A stretch of DNA of 64,000 bases from Octopus vulgaris (Eukaryota). Under the pieces are notes generated by a model that saw nothing but the letters and a program-made list of their open reading frames with translations, was not told the DNA's origin and did not search any database. This document shows positions 54,900 through 64,000 of the stretch, one piece after another. The stretch is taken from NCBI GenBank assembly GCA_951406725.2, contig OX597839.1, positions 15,314,001 through 15,378,000 of the forward strand, written 5' to 3'. Made by a program: the position numbers and the translations under genes. Each line of letters starts with the position of its first letter. The stretch's first letter is position 1.

Positions 54900-55480
54900 A
54901 AACATTATAGTAAATCCGAATCTTTGACTAAGATCATCTTTTTACAAAGAGTATAACACATGCAATGAAGCTTTTCAGAACATGGAAGGTATATTTTCCA
55001 CATTGGCTTCCTTCAAATATTCAGGGAACTTTGATTAACCTAATCTCAATATTACATTGCTGAACAGATGCCTCTTTGATGGCTGAATTATGGTAATAAA
55101 GTTTTCATCATTCATGGTTTGTATGATTCGACCAAACCTTTGTATCTGCTCATCTTTGTTTAATATCAAGGAAAGGCGGGCAGAACCCATGACCTTTTTT
55201 TCAAGGCCTCCGAGACTTCTGTGCAGGTAAAGAAAAGAGGAAGTACTCCTGATCCGAAAGCTTGCAGTAGAATGGACTTCGCTAGAGGTATCGGTGATGT
55301 TGAAGCGGATGACGGAGAATATCACACGAGCTCTGCAGTCTGCTTCAAACTTGACAGGGGTGTTCGTAATTACGAGATAGCCATGTTTGCATTGTTGATG
55401 AACTTCAAGCATAGTCTCATATTTTCCAATCAAAATTTCAGTATAATGTTTCATGATGTACAATGAAAATACAGAATTGC
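54900..55480 (-). pseudogene. Decayed RTE-like LINE fragment (end of endonuclease, linker, start of RT)
   Basis: CKHGYLVITNT, HSTASFRIR, FPEYLKEANV. Confidence 0.5.
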
Positions 55481-55527
55481 AGGTAATTAATTGCATCGTT
55501 ATTTAATAACACCATATTATGCACACA

Positions 55528-55575
<48 letters not shown>

Positions 55576-55699
55576 TACACTCACAACACGCACAACACAC
55601 ACACAGCGTTACATTCTTGAAGGCATTCCTCAAATGAAGTGTGTTGGTAGTTTTTCAATTCTAGACAATATATTGTATGCAATATATTGTATTTTGCAA

Positions 55700-55912
55700 G
55701 GTGGTGAGCTGGCAGAAACATTAGTGCGCTGAGCGAAATGATTAGCCGTATTTCGTCTGTTTTTACGTTCTGAGTTCAAATTCCGCCGAGGTTAACTTTG
55801 CCTTTCATCCTTTCAGAGTAATAAATTAAGTACCAGTTGCTTACTGGATTCGATCTAATCGACTGGTCTCCTCCCCCAAAATTTCGAGCTTTGTGCCTAG
55901 AGTAGAAAAGAA
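55700..55912 (+). repeat. Nin/Deu-type tRNA-derived SINE
   Basis: GGTGGTGAGCTGGCAGAAAC...GAGTTCAAATTCC...CTTTGCCTTTCATCCTTTC...AAGTACCAG. Confidence 0.85.
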
Positions 55913-56049
55913 AATATTGTGTTTCGCCTCGATCAATTTTAACTGTCAGAAGTTTCAAGATCGAAGATATATTGGGCAGATCACATATTTATCGTGTATC
56001 TTTTGTTCATTAGAAGTCTATTTCATTGAGCAAGTGTATCGTATTAATA

Positions 56050-57400
56050 AATGCTTCTCTTAAAATAAAATGTCATCAGGATAATTTCTCGCTACCAATA
56101 CTGGAGCACCATCAGCAACACGCGAGAGCTTATCGATGTTTCCGTCATTTAAATGCTGTACATCACCGTCTGGCTTATCAGTACTGCAATGACATACCCT
56201 ACTCAGTTCTTCTTTCAGTATTGCTTTTCAGCCTTTTCTCTATCCGACATCTTCTGCCCAACAACTGCGCCTAATCCGCACATTCACTTGAAATTCAACT
56301 ACTTTCAAAGTCTGAATCCATCTTCTCACCTTAAGCCCTGCAAAGCCCCTATTTCCAACATCTACTGTTCACAGCTTAGTCTGCCATCCATTTCTTATTC
56401 ATTTTCCCATCACTTTGCATGCTTTCCCGCCTTCCCCTCTCTTTCTCTCGATCTCTCTCTCACTTTCTCCATCCTCGTCTCCTACACCACAGTTAACCCT
56501 GTGATGATTATATGAAATGAGAACCTTAACGCAAGAAGTAGATCAGCTCTGAAGGTTGTTTTCTGCAGGTACTGTCTACATCCCTTTCTCATCCACTAAC
56601 ACTTCCAATGTATCTGCTACTGCTAATATCCCACAAACACTAAAGGAGAGTACACTTTTCCTGTCGCTTTCCTTTTGCCGCTCCTTTACAAATTTAATGC
56701 CTTTAACATGATGTGGTCTCTTATTCTTTTTCTTTTCAGCTGCCGGAATACTTAATTGCAGCTTCAAGTATAGGCTCATATCTGTACTCCACGGCGTGAC
56801 AAGCCCTGTTTCAGCTAGCTACTTGATTTCTAATAAAACTTTCACATCTCATTTTTTCCTTAATTCCTCCTCTCTGAAGATTCACTGTAGATAACAGTCT
56901 ATCAAATGTGGAATCAGTTGCACACCAGAATGATCCTACCGACATCAAAGCAGATCGTTCCACGGGATGTAATCCTGAACCACTTTGTCCCACTGTATCT
57001 ACGCATACTGAACTCTCTACCGCCTAATCTTGCCTATCCTTTTAATCCTGCAAGTTGAACCACTGATTCATATTGCTCGCTTTAAATTCTTCGATCTCCA
57101 ATGTCTATGTAAGCTGCAATTTCTTTGAACTGCCAAAAAAGAGCTACATTGGACCACATTCTTGCCGCTCTCAATTACTTTCTGTTGTAAACATTCATCA
57201 TCAGTCTTTGTAACTGCTACTTCATATACAAGCAGCTGCTATACAAATTTTGGCAGCGCCAGAAACCAATGTCCCGTCAGTCCACTTGCACCACAACATC
57301 TTTCCTCCCTATTTCCCTGAAATAGATTTCCCACGTCATTTTCCTGAGGAACACACTCCTGCTCTTCTTCCCCTTAAAATTCATCTGTGAAATCAGTTTC
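56050..57400 (-). pseudogene. Old RTE-like LINE relic (endonuclease region onward)
   Basis: Purine-rich coding-like minus strand with fragmentary endonuclease-like motifs (e.g. VGQSGSG, DTLEVL); heavily decayed. Confidence 0.4.
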
Positions 57401-58398
57401 TCAAGCATTCTCTAAACGAATAATAAAAAGTGTATTTTTTTAATTGAGCTAAATTTTTTATATCAATTATCACTTAACGCACGCGCATAAGTGCAATTCT
57501 GTGAAATACTCTTATTTACGTGGCAGATATATGCAATTTATCTAAAGGTTATAAGTACGGCGATTTCTTTCTTTTTTTTTTTTTTTTGATGGGGGAAATA
57601 CAAAAATAAGAGTGAATGTTACTTTATAAGTACTGTGTATTAAATCTATAAAATTGTGCATAAAGTATATAAAGTGTATATATAAAGTGCATTAAGTAAT
57701 TATTGTATTCCAATTTCGTTCACTTTTTAATGAGTAGCAGATGAGCGACTGTTTTTACATAGAGAAACAACACAAGCTACGCTTTCAGTTTTTGGGGGGA
57801 TAAAGTTTTCAGAAATAACCCAACAGGTTTACCATTAATTCACGAGTCCCGCTAGTATACATATTGCAATAACGAAGTCAAACCAAATAGTGGTATTTTG
57901 AAATAATTTACTATGTATGTTTCAGGTTTGCATATGTAATAGGAATTGCATCCATTACATAATCCTTCCTCAGTTAAAAAAAAGCATTTCAAATATGAAG
58001 AAATTGATGGAAATATTTCAATATATATGGTTAGAGCAGTAAGTCGGCTACTAAGTTAAGAGGATAAATAGGTATACAGAGTGGAAGAAAAAAGAAAGAT
58101 AGGGAGAGAAAAAAGAAAAGAAGTATATATAATATGAGGAAGTATGGAGAGGAAAAGATGTACGAGTGGATAGAACTAAATGAAAGTGTGATGGTTGTGT
58201 TTGCATACAAAACTTAAGCAAAATTAATAAAATGTAGCAAATTGAGAAGGTCGAGAATTTGGGAAAGAGAATGGGCAGGAAATGAACCAGGTGTCAGGGT
58301 GAGGTTAAAAGTTTTAGCTTTGAATGGAATTAGCAATAGATGACCTTGAAAATATGGGTCGTGTGAACGTGCTTTAGACTAAATAAATAAATAATAAT

Positions 58399-58985
58399 AA
58401 TGGCTTCTAATTATGTCACAAGGGCCGCAAGTTTTGAGGAGGGGATGAGTCGATTACATCGACCCTAGTGTTCAACTGGTACTTATTTTATCGACTTCGA
58501 AAGGATGAAACGCAAAATCGACCTCGGCGGAATAATGATATATATATATAACAGAGCGAGCGTTCCTAAAGTGCACAGGACGTAAAAGTTCTTTGCCTTC
58601 TACTGTGCCGGCCTGTTCCATCAGTAAGATTATTTGAAATGTTTGGTGACATTTGCTTAAGGATTTCAGAAGCCTATCGCCGCTTTTACTGGTTCCAGAA
58701 GGATCCGCTATTTCCAGTGAGAGGAAACGAATTTAAACTTAAAACGCACAAAACCGAAACAGAGCACAACTCGTCTTATGTTCCCACCAGTCAGGGCAAC
58801 TTGTTTGATGCTTGATGCTCTCACAATCTGCCAATCCATCTCGCTAGGCAGGTATTTTATTTATCGACTTTGAAAGGATAAAAGACAAAGCTGACCATTG
58901 GCGGCATTTGCAATCAGAGCGCCAAGAGCGGAACAAATCTGTAAGGTATTTTTCATAATACTCTAACGAATCTGCCAATTCGATG
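58399..58985 (-). repeat. Two partial Nin/Deu-type SINE copies (58399-58532, 58855-58985)
   Basis: TTTATCGAC...GAAAGGAT.AAA..CAAA core shared with the other copies. Confidence 0.7.
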
Positions 58986-60339
58986 CCATGCACGTGCGCG
59001 CTTTTTGTGTACGCATGTATTTATGTATATGCATGTCAAATATAACTACATTGTTTCACTGAATTTGGGAATTTAGTAAAGCATAATAGTTTTCTGTCAT
59101 ATCAAAAACCATGTCAAAGTCTATAATTTCTAAATGGAAACAAAGATACCACCTGTTTGCATTTTTTATTTCACATTTCATCTACATTGGTACTTTAAAC
59201 TTTAGGATTTCCAGTAGAAAAAATGTGTTTTCTTGAATACTTTGCTTTATTTATTGTTGTTGCTTTAAATTATGAATTTAAAATGTTGACGACGTCGACT
59301 TTTTACCTTCCAAGTTTCGATAAAATGTCTAAAATGATTGGTTATCATATGACTAACAGTTTACTGCTAGGAGTCACTTTATGCAACTGCGTCCTTCACC
59401 AAAATTTCTTACTCTGTGCCTACGTCATTAACAACTATTTTTCTATTTTACTATTTTTATATTCAGTTGTTGCTAGAAGTAAATGTCTACACGATATAAA
59501 AACAGAATTAACAATTAGAAGAAGAAAAATACTTTGAAAGAATTTCTTTTCCGGAGCTACTTTTCTTTCTTGGCAGTTACTTTTTCATTTTATTTTTGTA
59601 AGATATCCCTTAACATTATTTCATATGTGACAAGGCAGGATATCGCAAACAGAACGAAAAGCTGAGCATTTATACTTTTTACCCTCCCCAGAAATTCCTA
59701 AAAGCAAGTTAAGCAAACATAATAAGTTCCTGTCGTCTGCCCTTGGTATTTTTAATAAACTTACGAAAGGGAGCAATTATTAAGTTAGTAATGGAAAGCC
59801 AAATGGTGGGATATTTGGATAACGTTTATGCTTGTATTTCGGGTGTTTTTCTATATGTTGCATACGCGCGAGCACGCCCACACATATATATCTATATACT
59901 ATAATAGAGAATGCTCCTTATTAATTAGGTATGTAACAATTACTAAAAGTACTAAAAGAAAGCAATTATTAAAGGGCTGACCGTCTGGAAATACTTTTAT
60001 AAATTCATGTTCTAAGAAATTTCCTATAATTTCAGTTCTCAATTTTATTGAATTTTTAACTCCAATTACTCGCAAATTTAAATATTCATTGCATTCACTG
60101 CATAGTATTCCATTTTCATTTGCAAAGTCTCTCATTTTCTCTATTAATATTTTCATTTTAACTTTTAATTTGCTATCTGGAAAACTGATAGTTTATTCTA
60201 TTAATTTTTATGTAAAAACATTATTGAATGAAAAAAATTTTAAATAGCCGTATAATTTTTGTAAAAAAAATTTAAAGTAATTTCATTGTTATGGCTGTTT
60301 GGAACGTTATAAGCCTTACAATAATAACTATTCGGACCG

Positions 60340-60461
60340 ACAACGAATGAAGGGTCGTTCTCTGTGTATACTTGTCCTGTTTTTCCATTCTCATTGTTTG
60401 CGTATTTAACTCATTTCTTTTCGTACTTCATATTGTTTACACAGTTGGTGTCGTCCTGTAC

Positions 60462-60501
<40 letters not shown>

Positions 60502-60636
60502 TATATTATTATTTAATTGAACGCCACGCATCCATTTCCAAGCAAGTTTATCTTAACCTTTTTTATGCGACTCTTGCCCCATCCTTCTCTAATTCCCCTT
60601 TTCTTCTCCTCCACCGTTTTCTATCTACCTGTCTCT

Positions 60637-60685
<49 letters not shown>

Positions 60686-61139
60686 ACACACGTGACCATC
60701 GTCCATCTTTCTTTTCTTCACATGACCATCTTTCATTTCCTGCACGACTGGACGTTTTCCTTCTCTCTCTTCTATCTTTTCTCTTTTCAAAGAAAATATT
60801 TCTTCCAGCATTTACAACTCTCCTCTCGTTCTGGTCTACCAACCCTCTATGTTTGTTTTTGCTCAATTTCCTTGTATGTCTCCACTGTCTTGCTTTTGTT
60901 CCCAACTTTGACCCTCCATAAATCCAAAATTTTATTTTCGAGTTTGTGGGAGCAATTGTCTTTGAAGACTCAATGTGTCGTTGAATGCTCGAAATGAGGA
61001 ATATATAGACAGCCGACAACTGATAAAGGGTGGTTCTCTGTGTTTACTTGTCCTGTTTTTCCATTTTCTCTCGTTCTTTGCGTATTCAACTCGTTTGCTT
61101 TCGTACTTTATGTTGTTTACACAGTTGGTGACGTTCTGT

Positions 61140-61230
<91 letters not shown>

Positions 61231-61455
61231 TATTGTATGTGTATACGCATCCATTTCCAAGTAAGTTTATCTTAATTTTGATGCGACTCTAGCCTGTACT
61301 GTTCTTCTCTCACCCCCTTTTGTTTTCTCTCTCTTCCTTTCTCTAATTCTTTTTTTTCCCCTTCACCGTTTTCTATCTGTCTCTCCCTCTTTCTCCTTTA
61401 CTCTCTCTCGTTGCTCACACGTAATCATCGTCCATCTTTCTTTTCGTCATGCGAT
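60340..61455 (+). mobile_element. Diverged partial tandem (~1.6 x ~700 bp) non-coding element
   Basis: 60340-60465 resembles 61012-61145; 60527-60725 resembles 61246-61452; a third copy lies at 32450-32905. Confidence 0.75.
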
Positions 61456-61459
61456 ACAA

Positions 61460-61933
61460 TATTTAGCAGGGGTGATGTTCTGGTGATGAGGTTAAAGAAA
61501 GGCAGATAGAGAGAGATGGACAGTGGAGGCAGTTACATTAAGTGAGAGAAAGAGAGTGACAGAGTGCATTTGTATTGTCAGAGTAGACACAGAGATTTGG
61601 CGATGGTGTGAGAGAGAGGAAGAGGGAACATGAGAGTTAGTGAGACAGCAGATAGGCAGCCGACGCGTTATGCTGCACTCATGTGGTTAGTGGAAGTGAG
61701 AGGGGAAGAGAAAGAGAGAAATGTTAAAGACATGAAGGGAGGAAGTACAGGATTAAAAAGTTTATTGAAGAGGTAGAGAGAGAGAGAAAATGCCTAGCAG
61801 AGGAACATTTTTAAATCATATAAAATATCATTGTGACTGGAACTGAAATAACTTATGAAAATAAAAGTCATCCTTTCTTAAATAGCTTCTCTTAATCTTT
61901 TTCGTTCTGTGGAATTTCCACGGGTGCCACTAG
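61460..61933 (+). mobile_element. Helitron 3' portion
   Basis: Hairpin CTGTGGAATTTCCACGG followed by GTGCCA-CTAG and then T at 61930-61934; 5' boundary uncertain. Confidence 0.55.
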
Positions 61934-61949
61934 TTTTATTGTAAGTTGT

Positions 61950-62970
61950 TTTTGTGCGATGTGCCTCTATATAAGAGGCGTATACCATTGAGTCCCAGCC
62001 TTGTGTTAATGTTTTAAATTTTATAAGATTATCTGAGGAAAAGCTATTATCATATTTTCCACATTGTGTAGGTGATATCTCGTGGTTGCAATGGAAAGAG
62101 TAGAGTCTGAGATTATAGGTGGTCCCTGTAATGAAGTAGTCGTTCTGGGGTGCCTAATTTTTCATGATATTCTGTTTAGTTTCAAGAGATCATGGGGGCG
62201 GGGAAAACACTATTCTAGGTTTGAGAAAGTAGGATGACAACATCTGGTTCGACCGGAAAGTTCTAAGAATCTAAGAGCTCATCATGTAAACCGTTGATGT
62301 GAATGTTCCAACAGATGTTCTCCTCAACAATTAATCCTAGACTCCTGATATTCACAGATACCCCAGAAGGAAGTGCAAAAGTTAAATTTGTTCTCGTTTA
62401 ACAATACATTGTTCTTTTTTATGTTCGCTTTTTAATGTCTGTTCGCTTATAGCATTTATCTCGGAATGGACTTCTATTCGGCCATCGCTGTCGTTGATAA
62501 CATTCTTTAGCTTATAACTGTCCTAGAATATTTTTATTCTGCTGTGTTTGATATCACTCGTGATATCGTTTATGTATACTATGAAGAGTAGTGACCCCAG
62601 TACAGTCCCTTCTCGAAGACCGCTGGTGGCATTCGCTGGGTTTGAGTGGATTCCATCAATTACAGCATGTTGGCTTCTGTTCATCATGAAATACCTCAGT
62701 GTAACAGCTTTCCATGGACTTCAGTGTTGAGCAGTCTTGTAATCAACTCTGCCGAAGGCCTTGCTGAAGTCAAGATATACAACATATGTATCTGTGCATT
62801 CTGATAATACTTTTAGAATATTGTTAATGTAATGTAGAAGTTATGTTTGACAACGAAAGTTGGGTTGATTGAAGTTTAGGAGATGGTAACGCTCTTGAAG
62901 GTTAGTCATTCTGGAGCTCATTAATCTTTCAAATACTTCGATGAGACCGAGCGATAGGTAACTGGAAATG
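61950..62970 (-). pseudogene. Decayed CR1/L2-group LINE RT, relative of 256-3273
   Basis: YLDFSKAFGRVDYK, GTVLGSLLFIVYINDITSDIKHS, NIRSLGLIV. Confidence 0.85.
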
Positions 62971-63674
62971 ATCGTATATGAGCTGGGTCTAGCGATTTTC
63001 TTTATAGATTAACTAGACGACAAGTAATCTGATGTTGGCAGTCCTTCCGGACTCTAGAAAGAAAGATATCAGGGACTACAACAGAGTAATGTTTAATTTC
63101 ATTAATTGCTGCGATTATGTCAAGAATAATGAGTCATGCTGTGCACTTAGTCTAATATTTTCGACTCTGTGCCCAGATCAGCATTCTTCATATTTCGCTT
63201 GTAACGACTAAAGAGTGTAATTTCTGCATCACAATTTATTACGTAACTACATGAAACGTATGAATTTTAATCGAAATACTGGTAATTGCTTTCGTAATGT
63301 ACATACATATATGTACGCGTGTGTACATATTCACACACAAAGGCTGATGAGCTGGTCATTCACTTGTCCTTTCTTTGTTTTACAAAGTAGAAAACTATGA
63401 TTTTGATACATTAGTAAAATAAACTATACTTGTTATATTTAGTTGAATTGGTTTTCTTTTATAAAGTCCTTTATGTTTATAGATGGAAGTCACTATTTCG
63501 ATTTTAATTGAATCACTTCAATGCAAACTAATTTAGGCTTTAATAATTGCATTACATTATATACATTACAAGCTAAAAAATATTTTAGAAAAAGATAGGT
63601 GGGAAACATATATAATGGAAGTATTTGACCCAATGGAAGTATTTCGTAGTTCATAATATTTTATAATTTATGAG

Positions 63675-63886
63675 GGCGGTGAACTGGCAGAACCGTTAGC
63701 ACGCCGGGCGAAATGCTTAGCGGCATTTCGTCCATCTGTACCTTCTGAGTTTAAATTCCGCCAAGGTCGACTTTGTCTTTCATCATTTCGGGGGTCGATA
63801 AAATAAGTACCAGTTGATCACTGGGGTCGATGTAGTCGACTTGCCTCTCCTCTAAATTGCTGGCCTTGTACTGAAATTTAAAAGAA
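63675..63886 (+). repeat. Full-length Nin/Deu-type tRNA-derived SINE
   Basis: GGCGGTGAACTGGCAGAACCGTTAGCACGCCGGGCGAAATGC head; core GTCGACTTTG.CTTTCATC.TTTCGGGGGTCGATAAAATAAGTACCAG. Confidence 0.85.
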
Positions 63887-64000
63887 ATATTTTATCATTT
63901 AGGTATTTACGCGCACGCTCACACACAGTTTTATAATGAACACACGAACAAAACTGGTTACAAAACAAAAAATTTTACTTAGGTCTATCAGTCTTATAAG

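Overview
Repeat-dense, AT-rich animal DNA with no recognisable host protein-coding gene. The tRNA-derived SINE families and long (TA)n/(CA)n arrays suggest an octopus/cephalopod genome (inference). The first ~18 kb is a nest of young elements inserted into (TA)n microsatellites: a CR1/L2-group LINE with an intact 1005-aa endonuclease-RT ORF2, a near-intact Penelope-like element (RT plus GIY-YIG, one frameshift), a 5'-truncated LINE and two non-autonomous Helitrons. The same region carries at least four distinct type-I hammerhead ribozyme (HHR) families on the minus strand, all folded by eye. The most interesting is a non-coding 558-bp tandem unit with one HHR per monomer, a retrozyme-like candidate source of circular RNA. 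Another is an HHR with an 86-nt domain inserted in stem II. The rest of the window is decayed Gypsy, RTE, R4-type, CR1, mariner and Chapaev relics, SINEs, a long-TIR element and mini/microsatellites. Most short ORFs in the track are microsatellite translations.
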